From assembly GCA_903930485.1 (NCBI GenBank), contig CAIYYO010000024.1, positions 1 to 41,839 of the forward strand: 41,839 nt of DNA, read 5' to 3'. A program made the translations under genes and the position numbers. The DNA is from Methanobacteriota archaeon (lineage in GTDB: Archaea; Altiarchaeota; Altiarchaeia; IMC4; QMZM01). This document shows, piece by piece, positions 1 through 9,082 of the stretch (within the stretch, counting starts at the first letter, position 1; every line of letters begins with the position of its first letter). Under the pieces are notes generated by a model, which worked only from the letters and a program-made list of their open reading frames with translations, had not been told where the DNA came from and searched no databases.

Positions 1-78
1 GTCGAGAAATGGGGCTGTCAGACTAATCTTCCGACGTGGGACGCAGTCCTGAAGAGGTCCGAGAACATCCAGCAGTAG
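1..78 (+). CDS. Possible 3' end of a gene entering from the left edge (VEKWGCQTNLPTWDAVLKRSENIQQ*), product unknown
   Basis: Frame 1 is open from base 1 to TAG at 76-78, abutting the stop of the convergent AAA gene at 80. Too short to assign a family. Confidence 0.4.
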   Translation, partial: VEKWGCQTNLPTWDAVLKRSENIQQ

Positions 79-79
79 C

Positions 80-2962
80 TCATTGGCTTACTTTAGTCTT
101 CAGTTTGTTTATCCGGAAGTCCGTATCGATGAGCTGTTTCTCGTAGTCCTCGCTTATGTCCTTGAAGCTTTCCAGGCCTATCTCCCGCCTGTAGTATTTC
201 TGCTGGACGATCTTTATCTTCTCCTTGAGGTCGTCTCTCGTGTCTATCAGAGCCTGCAGATCTTCCTGATCTTTTGCCATGAGCTCTCTTTTCTCTTCTT
301 TTATCATGTCTCTGAGTTCGTCGTGGACGCACATGCTGAAGCCCATCAGGAAGTTGTAGAGGTCTTTGTAGACCGCTTCTTCGCCGCTTTTCTCGAGCTC
401 TTTCTTGGCCATCGTTATCCAGGGGATGAGGGATGACTTTGTTTTCTTGATGACCTGGATGAAGTCGTCCATGTTTATCTTCCGCTCGGGAGCGCCTTTC
501 AAAGCCTCGGACCAGGGTATTTCGGCGGCTGAGTCGCATATCATCTTTATGTCCGCCGAGGAGTAGCCGTCGGTAATTTCGGCAAGTTTGTCGTAGTCGG
601 TGCCGGGTTCGATCGGCTTTCCCTTGCAGTGTATCTTGAATATCTCTATCCTTGATTCGAAATTGGGCGGGGGTATGAAGATCTGTTTCGTGAACCTCTC
701 GGACCTTCTGAGAGCGGGGTCTATCGCCCACGGCGAATTGGTCGCGCCCATGACTACGAGGCCTTTTGTTTTCTTGAATCCATCAAGCTCCGTCAGGAAT
801 TCGTCCACGAGCCTGACGTCTGTCATCGTCAGGAGGTCTCTTCTCCCCGCGACGCCTTCGACCTCGTCAAAGAAAAGTATCGCCGGAGCGTTCCTGCTCG
901 CCCTCTGGAATATCTCCTTGATCTTTTTCTCGCTTTCGCCTTTCTCGGGAGAGATCACGTCGGTTATCCTGACGTTGAAGAAGGCTGAATTGCATTCGCC
1001 GGCCGTGGCCTTTGCAAGGTACGTTTTTCCGCATCCTGGAGGACCGTATAATAGTATTCCTCCGCCGATGGTCTTGCCGAATTCCTTGGCAAGGTCTTCC
1101 CTGAGCATCGGGTATATTATGGATTTGCGTATCTCCTCTTTCACATCCTCTAGGCCGCCGACGTCTTTGAAGCTTGTCTGCGGCTTCTTCACGACGTCGA
1201 CTCCGCCAGCATATTTCAGGATATATTTCGTATACTCCCTGTACAAGTCCGATTCCCCGCTTTCCTCGGCCATCCTATAAGCCGCCTTATACCACGGTAT
1301 CAGCGAAGACTTTTGCTTGCTTATCGCCTTAAAGAAGTCCTGCATCCCTATCTTCCTGTTCTCTCCCTTGTCTATCGCCTCCCCCCAGGGTATCTTGGCT
1401 GCAGCGTCGCATATGGCTTTTATGTCCGCCGCCGAGTAGCCGTCGGTTATCTCCCCGAGTTTTTCGTAGTCTATTTCCGCATCCACCGGCTCCTTTTTCG
1501 TGTGCAGCCTGAAGAGCTCTGCCCGCTGCTTTGCATCAGGCGGGGGTATGAATAATTGTTTGGTGAATCTCTCAGCCCTCCTTAGTGCAGGATCTATCGC
1601 CCAGGGAGTGTTCGTAGCTGCCATGAAGAGGATGTTCTCCTTCATGCTCTCGACGCCGTCCATCTCGGTCAGGAGCTGGTTTATCAGCATATTCTCGGTA
1701 TGCTCCCCCTTGGTCCCTCTCAACCCCCCGACTGCGTCTATCTCGTCGAAGAATATCACCGACGGCGGGCTTTTTGATGCTTCCTCGAATATCTCGTGCA
1801 AGGCTCTTGCGCCTTCTTCGAATCCTTTTTTTACGAGGTCGCTCAGGTTTATGTTGAAGAAGTTGGCTCCGCATTCGCCTATCGTCGCCTTGGCTATGTA
1901 GGTCTTGCCGCACCCCGGCGGGCCGTATAATAGTATGCCGCCTCCTCCTTTTCTTCCGTATTGTTTGGCGAGGTCTGGCCTTATTATCGGGTATATTATC
2001 TCGTCTCTTATCTCTCTCTTTACTTCGTCGAGGCCGGCCACTTCGGAGAAGTTGATGGTTTCCCTTTCCACCGGCACGGATTTCACGGCCCCCACTTCTG
2101 TTCCGAGGGAGATCGGCTTGAGTTCGGCTCCGGGGAGCATCTTGTCTTCTTCGTCGCAGTAGCAGACCGGGAAGGAGTAATCGACGACCCTTTCACTTTT
2201 CTTGATCTTTCTCCTGTAACTGCAGCCGATGTATGGCATATAGGTTACTCCTTCGACTTTGACCTCGGCCTGGTAGAGGTTTTTGAATATCGAGGATATC
2301 TGTTCCACGGAGAGCTTGATGGGGTCCTTGGCGTAGGTCTCCGCAAGTACGTTCGTGGATTTGACGTAGTTGGCTAGGTCGTATCCTTCATTGGAGTAAT
2401 ACGGCATGTGGAAATTTATATTCACCCTGTCCTTGACGACGGTGTGTCTGATGCGGTTATTCTCATCGGCTTCTGAAAGCATTTCGTCCATGAACAAGGT
2501 GCAGAGCTCTTTTACGGCCGGCTTGTAGATCTTTATCAGGCCTATGCTCATCAGCTCGGAAAGGGCGTCCGGAGATATCTCGTCCTTGAAGGTCTCGCCT
2601 TTCCGTAGAAGGGTCCCAAGCGCAATGACCGTAGAATCGGCGGCATAAAGCAATTTGTTCAGCAGGTCGTAGGTTTGGATGTTCTTGCCTTTTACGTGGA
2701 AGATCACTCCGGTGTTCAGGTTCACGTAGAAGGTGTTGTCGCGTTTCTCGTAGCTTGTCTGATGGGTTATCCCTTTCTGGATGGCTTCGGCCCTTGAAAG
2801 CCTTAGGACCAGGAGGGGGAAGTATCCTTTTTTTATCTCGGGGTTTTCCTTGGCTATTATGCCCAGGAACTTCCCGGAGCCGGATAAGAGCTTTTCCTCC
2901 AATTCCTTCTCTTTTTTCTCCGAGACTGCGAATGCAAGGGTGTTTACCTTCTTTATTTCCAT
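80..2962 (-). CDS. Double-AAA+ ATPase (classic AAA clade, CDC48/Vps4-like modules) with unrecognised ~295-aa N-terminal region and C-terminal coiled coil
   Basis: Two GPPGCGKT Walker A motifs, two FFDE Walker B motifs, two ATN-x-PW-AIDPALRR-x-ERF second regions of homology, and GYS-x-ADI lid motifs. Confidence 0.9.
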   Translation of the reverse strand: MEIKKVNTLAFAVSEKKEKELEEKLLSGSGKFLGIIAKENPEIKKGYFPLLVLRLSRAEAIQKGITHQTSYEKRDNTFYVNLNTGVIFHVKGKNIQTYDLLNKLLYAADSTVIALGTLLRKGETFKDEISPDALSELMSIGLIKIYKPAVKELCTLFMDEMLSEADENNRIRHTVVKDRVNINFHMPYYSNEGYDLANYVKSTNVLAETYAKDPIKLSVEQISSIFKNLYQAEVKVEGVTYMPYIGCSYRRKIKKSERVVDYSFPVCYCDEEDKMLPGAELKPISLGTEVGAVKSVPVERETINFSEVAGLDEVKREIRDEIIYPIIRPDLAKQYGRKGGGGILLYGPPGCGKTYIAKATIGECGANFFNINLSDLVKKGFEEGARALHEIFEEASKSPPSVIFFDEIDAVGGLRGTKGEHTENMLINQLLTEMDGVESMKENILFMAATNTPWAIDPALRRAERFTKQLFIPPPDAKQRAELFRLHTKKEPVDAEIDYEKLGEITDGYSAADIKAICDAAAKIPWGEAIDKGENRKIGMQDFFKAISKQKSSLIPWYKAAYRMAEESGESDLYREYTKYILKYAGGVDVVKKPQTSFKDVGGLEDVKEEIRKSIIYPMLREDLAKEFGKTIGGGILLYGPPGCGKTYLAKATAGECNSAFFNVRITDVISPEKGESEKKIKEIFQRASRNAPAILFFDEVEGVAGRRDLLTMTDVRLVDEFLTELDGFKKTKGLVVMGATNSPWAIDPALRRSERFTKQIFIPPPNFESRIEIFKIHCKGKPIEPGTDYDKLAEITDGYSSADIKMICDSAAEIPWSEALKGAPERKINMDDFIQVIKKTKSSLIPWITMAKKELEKSGEEAVYKDLYNFLMGFSMCVHDELRDMIKEEKRELMAKDQEDLQALIDTRDDLKEKIKIVQQKYYRREIGLESFKDISEDYEKQLIDTDFRINKLKTKVSQ

Positions 2963-2990
2963 GCGTTATGAATATGGGGAAGACTACTTA

Positions 2991-3788
2991 TTATTTCTTA
3001 CCCCCGATTTCGACGCTGTAGGCTTTCCCTCCCCTGTCAAGGATCGAGGTTACGATTATGGAAAGCGCCTGGTTGACTGCGGTCTGGTCGGTGCCGGTGA
3101 CGTCTATGAAGACGTCTTTTGTGCCCTCGCTCAGTCGGGTGAGTTCTCCGTTTATTATCGGCGGAAAAGAGAGGATGTTCTTGTTCCTGTCGAGTATTAT
3201 GGGGAACCTCTTCATCCCTTCCAGAGCCCCTGCGTACATTTTTCCTTTAGGATGCTTTTCAAGTATCTCCCCAAGGGACATCTTTTCTTTCATGTCCAAG
3301 GGTACGAACGAGATGTCAGAAGGCCCCGAGGTCGTGTAATAGAAGGGGGCTGCGACCCGGCCCATATCGTGTACGCCGATTGCAACTTTTTTCCTGTTCC
3401 TGCCGTGCGTGATGTGGAGCTTTTCCTGTATGTTCATCAGGGAGATCAGCCGTTCTTCGGTGAAGGTCAGGCCTCGAACGATGCCTGCGGCTATGTATGG
3501 CCTGACGTCTTTTACCGCAGGGTCGACGAGGACCTCTATGTCGGAGTTGAGAACTTTGTATACGGGCAGGCCGGTCTCTATCCCTAGCACTCCTTTGAGG
3601 GCGCGGGCGAATCCTTCTATGCCTAGCATGTCCGGCCTGTTGGGGAAAACCTCCATGACTATTTTTTCCCTGTCCAGGCGCTCCACATCTACTCCGAGCA
3701 TGGAGACGCATTCTCTCAATTCTTCGGGCCGGTAATCCTTTCCCAAAAGGGAAGTCAGCTCCCTGAAACCGAACTCTGTCGTAGGCAT
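2991..3788 (-). CDS. pheT: Phenylalanine-tRNA ligase beta subunit, N-terminal half only (archaeal N-terminal domain plus B3/B4 editing domain)
   Basis: MPTTEF start (ATG 3788), PNRPDMLGIEG, VRPYIAA, QEKLH...RNRKKVAIGVHD, LSFPPIIN, FIDVTGTD. Stops at about 265 aa, before the B5 and catalytic-like domains. Confidence 0.85.
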   Translation of the reverse strand: MPTTEFGFRELTSLLGKDYRPEELRECVSMLGVDVERLDREKIVMEVFPNRPDMLGIEGFARALKGVLGIETGLPVYKVLNSDIEVLVDPAVKDVRPYIAAGIVRGLTFTEERLISLMNIQEKLHITHGRNRKKVAIGVHDMGRVAAPFYYTTSGPSDISFVPLDMKEKMSLGEILEKHPKGKMYAGALEGMKRFPIILDRNKNILSFPPIINGELTRLSEGTKDVFIDVTGTDQTAVNQALSIIVTSILDRGGKAYSVEIGGKK

Positions 3789-3878
3789 ATTCTCTTTTGA
3801 AAACACTCGCTTTTATTGTATTAAGGCTTTAGGGAAATTAAAACCCCTTTTTATTATAGCGTCTGAATAATTAATCTG

Positions 3879-5453
3879 ATGTTTTCTTTAAACACCGAAG
3901 ACATAAAGATCTCTCTCAAAGAGCTCAGCGGACTGTTCAGGTTCATACCTCTTATATTCCTGGCGCCTCTGCCTTTCGCAATAGATACTGTTCTGTCGAA
4001 AGACCTTTTCAAAGGCAGGGTCAGGCTGGAAGACGTCCTCCCGCTTCTCGGAGGGATTTCGGTCCAGGATTTTACGACGATGATCATAGACCTTGTGATT
4101 CGGTTCCTTGTCTTTCTGGTCCCGGCAGTCCTGTCCTACATAATCTATTCCATTTTGAGAGAGATCGCGCCGAAACAGCAGCGGTCGTCGCAGGCGAAAA
4201 CGAAGCACATCATGATGTCGGTCTCCATGGGCTGGCTTATTATCGCATTGATCAGCGCCTTACCTTATGTGTTATCGAGTACGTTGAGCCCGGTTGATGC
4301 GGTTTTCGAATCCGTTTCTGGCTGGAGCACTACCGGGATGACTCTGATAAAGGACCTGGAGTCGGCTCCAAGGGACATACTGTTCTACCGTAGTCTTACG
4401 CAGTGGCTCGGAGGCCTGGGAATAATCTTCACGGCTCTTTCGGTTTTCATGAGGAAAGGCACGGTGGCGATGGATTATTATACGCCGGAGAAAGGAGAGA
4501 AAAGGATCAAGCCGAGCATCCGCGGAACCGTGACCGAGATATGGAAGATATACGGCGTATACACGGTGATATGCTTCATACTCCTATACCTTGCGGGCAT
4601 GGGCCTTTACGACGCGTTGAATCATTCCATGAGCGTCCTTGCTACGGGCGGTTTTTCGACGCACAACGACAACATCGGCTTTTTCCAGGACCGGCCGGCC
4701 ATCCTCATCATCTCGGTTTTATTCATGTTCGTCGGGTCGATCAGTTTCTTCGTTCACTTCAGGCTCTTCGAAGGCAAAATAGGATTCCTCATCCAGAACC
4801 TCGAGTTCAGATACATGCTGACGCTTATAGCCCTGGCATCGATAGCGATATCCGTCGTCCTGTACCTGCACGACCCCTCATTGGGTGTGAATGCGGTGAT
4901 CCAAGCCGTCATCCACGCGGTCTCGGCAATGACTACCACCGGATTTTCCATAGTCGACCTCAGCAAATGGCCGGAGGCCGCGCAGATACTGCTCATCCCT
5001 TTGATGTACATCGGGGGTTTCTACGGGTCGACGGCCGGAGGGATAAAGATACTGCGGTTCATACTCTTGATAGAAATCATTTTATACAGCATAAAGAAAC
5101 TAACCCTGCCCAAGACCGCCATAATCCGGATAAAGATCGGCAACAGCCATGTAGAAGGCGAAGAGATATTCAACGTCTTCGGTTCCGCCGCTGCGTACCT
5201 CCTTATAATGTTCATAGGGGCCTTGCTGCTTATGTCTGAATACACGGCGACTCAATCGTTTTTCCTGAGCGCTTCGGCGATAGGCAACGTCGGGCTGATC
5301 AACGTATCCCCCGACCATTGGTTCGCAATGTCCATAACCTCGAAGGTGATACTCTCCTTCCTTATGTGGGCGGGGAGGCTGGAGATCCTGCCGGTGCTGG
5401 TGTTCCTGAACTCGCTGTACTTGAAAAAGAGGACGCCCAACTTCCAGGCGTGA
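3879..5453 (+). CDS. trkH: TrkH family potassium uptake membrane protein
   Basis: Four P-loop filter motifs (SGWSTTG, LATGGFS, MTTTGFS, IGNVGL), RSLTQWLGGLGI, GSTAGGIK, MWAGRLEI. Confidence 0.95.
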   Translation: MFSLNTEDIKISLKELSGLFRFIPLIFLAPLPFAIDTVLSKDLFKGRVRLEDVLPLLGGISVQDFTTMIIDLVIRFLVFLVPAVLSYIIYSILREIAPKQQRSSQAKTKHIMMSVSMGWLIIALISALPYVLSSTLSPVDAVFESVSGWSTTGMTLIKDLESAPRDILFYRSLTQWLGGLGIIFTALSVFMRKGTVAMDYYTPEKGEKRIKPSIRGTVTEIWKIYGVYTVICFILLYLAGMGLYDALNHSMSVLATGGFSTHNDNIGFFQDRPAILIISVLFMFVGSISFFVHFRLFEGKIGFLIQNLEFRYMLTLIALASIAISVVLYLHDPSLGVNAVIQAVIHAVSAMTTTGFSIVDLSKWPEAAQILLIPLMYIGGFYGSTAGGIKILRFILLIEIILYSIKKLTLPKTAIIRIKIGNSHVEGEEIFNVFGSAAAYLLIMFIGALLLMSEYTATQSFFLSASAIGNVGLINVSPDHWFAMSITSKVILSFLMWAGRLEILPVLVFLNSLYLKKRTPNFQA

Positions 5454-5455
5454 CC

Positions 5456-5489
5456 TCGACCCTTTGCCGGTCAAGCCGGCAAGCGTCGA
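5456..5489. terminator. Hairpin between convergent trkH and nre genes, possible terminator
   Basis: TTGCCGG(5464-5470)-TCAAG-CCGGCAA(5476-5482) perfect stem, extended by TCGAC(5456-5460)/GTCGA(5485-5489). Confidence 0.4.
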
Positions 5490-5527
5490 CGGAAAGAAAG
5501 AAAAACGTCCGATTGCGGGATTCGGAA

Positions 5528-6745
5528 CTAGAAGTATTCGTTGATCTTCCTCTGCTTGAGCACTTCGCTGTTCTTCACATATTCCTCGATCGGTATCCTT
5601 AGGCGCGTTCTGATGTCCGTCAGCGCGTCGGAGAGGCTGCCGAACCTGTGCGGCTTTTTCTCAAGAGCCTTCCGGACATTCTCGCGAACCTCCCAGACCC
5701 CAACGGGCATGATATATCCCTCATAGATCTCCCTGAATATGATGACGCGGGCCTGCTTCTTCATCCTGTGCAGGGTCTCAGTGACTGCGATCCTTCCGGC
5801 GTAGTAGCCGCCGCCTTCCTTCATGGCGTACGTGGTCCGTCCCTCGAATCCTTCGTGCTCTTCCTGTATGACTGGCTTGTCGTAGGACATAGTCCATAGA
5901 GTATTCGGAGCCCATGTCTCGAACTGCTCGAACTCCCAGCGGCCGGGCATGAACAAGACCTCGAAGTGATTCTCCAAATACGTGTTTTCGTAGACTAAGA
6001 ACTGGCTTAGCTCGGGGAATAGACGTATCTCCTTCATAAGCTCCTTGGCTATCATGTCGTCGACGGCCGTGATGCTCCACCTCGTAGGCACGAGCCGTTT
6101 GCCTTCCTGCTTCCCGAGGGCTCCGGAGGAGAGGATGCTGGTCAGGTAATAGACGTCGTAGTCCTTCTTGAAAAGCTCCATTGCCGCATCGACCGCGCGA
6201 ATGTCGTCGGAAACAAGCGAGTCGACCTTGCGCGGGATCTTCGGATTATCGGCCAGCTTGAAGTCTCGTATGATGCCGGTAGGTCCCATAGGCTGGCTTA
6301 CGGCGGAAAAAGAGATATTGTATGTCGGCCGCTTCACGAAAGATGTTTCGATATCTACCGGCTTTACCGATAGAGCGATCTCCTGGGATTTTTCAACGAA
6401 CGTGCCCCGGTCTCTCACGTTCTGCTGCTTCTTGGACCTGACCAACAAGGAGCGCATCTCTATTATCTCGTCGAAGCCCATGCCGTACCACTTCGACGGG
6501 TCGTCGAGGAGGGCCGCTTTCTTGGAGTCTAGGGCAGTCATCGGGCCCACGAAAACGTTGGGGTAAGCTTTCCAGCCGACGAAGATCGACGGCGCAGGCC
6601 CGAACATGTCCTGGCTCAGGCGTTCCTCAATCGGGTCCTGGATATTGATCTTCTGCAGCAGGGGACAGGAATCGCGGCCGCAGAGAAGCCTTCCACCCTT
6701 GCAGATAAGGCAGAGCTCCCTCGACATCGGGGCGGCTTCCTTCAT
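5528..6745 (-). CDS. nreA: Nre family archaeal DNA repair protein (DUF650/DUF651) with C-terminal PIP box; start uncertain (6727, 6745 or 6802)
   Basis: N-terminal CLICKGGRLLCG...CP, PSIFVG...YP, LVPTRWSITAVD, GGYYA, PVGVWEVRENVR, terminal QRKINEYF. Confidence 0.92.
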   Translation of the reverse strand: MKEAAPMSRELCLICKGGRLLCGRDSCPLLQKINIQDPIEERLSQDMFGPAPSIFVGWKAYPNVFVGPMTALDSKKAALLDDPSKWYGMGFDEIIEMRSLLVRSKKQQNVRDRGTFVEKSQEIALSVKPVDIETSFVKRPTYNISFSAVSQPMGPTGIIRDFKLADNPKIPRKVDSLVSDDIRAVDAAMELFKKDYDVYYLTSILSSGALGKQEGKRLVPTRWSITAVDDMIAKELMKEIRLFPELSQFLVYENTYLENHFEVLFMPGRWEFEQFETWAPNTLWTMSYDKPVIQEEHEGFEGRTTYAMKEGGGYYAGRIAVTETLHRMKKQARVIIFREIYEGYIMPVGVWEVRENVRKALEKKPHRFGSLSDALTDIRTRLRIPIEEYVKNSEVLKQRKINEYF

Positions 6746-6859
6746 TGCCTTCACTATCTCGCAGCGCGGTTTCTCCCAGGTCTGGTGTTTCTCGACATGC
6801 ATGATGCTTTCTATATATTCAGTTTAAAGGCTTAAGTCTAAATCATTAACGGCCAAAAA

Positions 6860-8236
6860 ATGAAATTGACCTTCTGCGGCGCGGCAAGGATAGTCACGGG
6901 CTCATGCTATCTCGTCGAATCAGGGAGCGACAAGATACTCATCGATTGCGGCATGTTCCAGGGGGTAAAAGACGTCACGCGCCACAATTATGAGCCCTTC
7001 AGGTTCGATCCAAGGACGATAAGCTACGTTCTCCTTACTCACGCGCACATAGACCACTCCGGGCTCCTGCCCAAGCTGGTAAAAGAGGGATTCCGGGGAA
7101 AGATCTTCGCGACGTCGGCATCTATCGACCTGTGCCATATAATGCTTGCAGACTCCGCAGAAGTCCAGAAGTCCGAGACAGAGGACGAGAACAGGCGGCG
7201 GGAAAGCGAGGGCCTTCCGCCAAGGAATCCGCTGTATTCGATGGACGATGTGCAGGCAACGCTTCCACATTTCCAGGAAGTCGAGTACGGCCGCACCTAT
7301 TCGATAACCCGGAACATACAGGCAAGATACCTGGACGCCGGACACATCATAGGCTCGGCCATTATCGAGCTATTCGTGACCGAAAACAACGAGACCAAAA
7401 AGATCGTCTTTTCCGGCGACCTCGGGCAGTGGGACGTGCCGATAATCCACGACCCGACGATGGTCGAGGAAGCCGATTACGTTGTGATGGAATCGACCTA
7501 CGGGGACAGGCTGCACGAAGACCTCAAACAGAGAGACGACATTCTGCTGAGCTACGTCAAAGAGACCTACAACAAAAGGGGCAAACTGTTGATCCCGTCC
7601 TTCGCCGTCGAAAGGACACAGGAGCTGCTCTACGCGTTCAACAAAATGATCCTTGCAGGGAAATTCCCTGACGAAAAAGTGTTCCTGGACAGCCCGCTCG
7701 CGATCAAAGCAACCGAGATATTCGAGAAGCACCGTGAGTTCTACGACCGGGAGGCATTCAAATACAAAAACCCCTTCAACTTCCCCAACCTGGTAGAGAC
7801 CAGCAGCGTCGAAGAGTCCAAGGGGATAAATACGTACGGCCGGCCGTGCGTAGTCATCGCAGGAAACGGCATGGTCACCGGGGGACGTATCAGGCACCAC
7901 CTGAGGCACGGCCTGTCCGACCCGAGAAATACGGTGCTGTTCGTCGGATACCAGGCGGAAGGAACGCTTGGTAGACAGATACTCGAAGGCGCGAAAAGCG
8001 TCAAGATGATGGGCTTGGAGATAGAAGTCAAGGCAGAGATCAAGCGGATAGACAGCTTTTCTGCTCACGCAGACTATGAGGAACTGCTTAAATGGGTTAA
8101 CGGCTTCGTTCAAAAGCCGAAGAAGATATTCATAACCCACGGCGAAGAAGCGTCCGCCGAGGAATTCGGCAAACGGCTGACCAAGCAGGGCTTCAGGATA
8201 CACATACCCAACATCGGGGAATCGGTGGAGACATAA
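6860..8236 (+). CDS. MBL-fold beta-CASP ribonuclease
   Basis: VTGS, DCG, THAHIDH, DAGHIIGS, FSGDLG, MESTYG, FAVERTQ, VGYQAEGTLGR, FSAHAD, THGE. Confidence 0.93.
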   Translation: MKLTFCGAARIVTGSCYLVESGSDKILIDCGMFQGVKDVTRHNYEPFRFDPRTISYVLLTHAHIDHSGLLPKLVKEGFRGKIFATSASIDLCHIMLADSAEVQKSETEDENRRRESEGLPPRNPLYSMDDVQATLPHFQEVEYGRTYSITRNIQARYLDAGHIIGSAIIELFVTENNETKKIVFSGDLGQWDVPIIHDPTMVEEADYVVMESTYGDRLHEDLKQRDDILLSYVKETYNKRGKLLIPSFAVERTQELLYAFNKMILAGKFPDEKVFLDSPLAIKATEIFEKHREFYDREAFKYKNPFNFPNLVETSSVEESKGINTYGRPCVVIAGNGMVTGGRIRHHLRHGLSDPRNTVLFVGYQAEGTLGRQILEGAKSVKMMGLEIEVKAEIKRIDSFSAHADYEELLKWVNGFVQKPKKIFITHGEEASAEEFGKRLTKQGFRIHIPNIGESVET

Positions 8237-8284
8237 TTTTTTATCTTGTCGGTAGACTAATTCAATCCATAGAGGAATGAGAAC

Positions 8285-8620
8285 ATGAGGATTATAAGCG
8301 AAAGGACCAGGGGGGAAACAGTTATTAGGGAAGAGACCCAGATACAGGGAACAGTCAACGGCCGCGTCTACGTCGACAGGGAAGGAATCCTACTACACCA
8401 GGGAATGATAATCGGCAACGTGACGGTCGAGAAAGGAGGGGAGGCAAATCTGTTCGGCTTCGTCAAAGGAGACGTCATAAACAACGGCGGAAAACTGACC
8501 ATCTTCGGCACGGTCAACGGAACGGTCAGGACGGAATCAGGCGTCACCAAAATAGACAAAGACGCGTTCATAAGAGAACTGCTCGACATGAGGGCGCAGG
8601 CCGCAGCTCCGGGGCGTTAA
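8285..8620 (+). CDS. Bactofilin-like (polymer-forming cytoskeletal) beta-helix protein
   Basis: ~17-aa repeats with G-x-V/I-x-G turns (QGTVNGRV, QGMIIGNV, FGFVKGDV, FGTVNGTV). AGAGGA upstream. Confidence 0.7.
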   Translation: MRIISERTRGETVIREETQIQGTVNGRVYVDREGILLHQGMIIGNVTVEKGGEANLFGFVKGDVINNGGKLTIFGTVNGTVRTESGVTKIDKDAFIRELLDMRAQAAAPGR

Positions 8621-8628
8621 TCCACCCC

Positions 8629-8994
8629 TCACTCCGTCAGTTTCTTCAAGAGCTCTTCCTTGGTCGGGATCTCGCCGATGAAGGCGAGCTCTTCGTCTAT
8701 CACCAGCGCAGGCGTCGACGCCACCTGGAATTGCAGGGCATCCAACATGCAGTCGCGTCCGCCGATAGCGGCCGGCAGCTCCGTCTGTTTTATGTCTTCT
8801 TCCGAACCTACGATGTAGTACTCGGTCCCTTCCAGTTTTGCTTTCGTCCCCGGCGTCACCTTGTCTCCGTCGATCAGTTTTTCCGAGAAGTCTTTTCCTT
8901 CTATCAGGTTGAGTTCTTTAGCGGCTTCGCGGAGCATTTTCCTGAACCTGGGGCACTTCGGGCACTTTGTTGACGTGAATAGTATTGCTTTCAT
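8629..8994 (-). CDS. Thioredoxin/glutaredoxin-like redoxin (NrdH-like) with internal insertion
   Basis: LFTSTKCPKCP active site, VASTPALVID cis-Pro motif, FIGEIP. Lies downstream of nrdD on the same strand. Confidence 0.85.
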   Translation of the reverse strand: MKAILFTSTKCPKCPRFRKMLREAAKELNLIEGKDFSEKLIDGDKVTPGTKAKLEGTEYYIVGSEEDIKQTELPAAIGGRDCMLDALQFQVASTPALVIDEELAFIGEIPTKEELLKKLTE

Positions 8995-9082
8995 TTCATG
9001 CCGCTCATATACTGGTTTTTATTCATAATTTAATAGGATTAATGTTTAGGTTTTTTATAAAATAAATAAGGGTTTCTAAAAA

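Noticed and set aside
80..8236. AAA ATPase plus MBL nuclease as an antiphage defence system
   Set aside because: The genes are not adjacent or co-oriented, belong to housekeeping clades, and sit among core genes.
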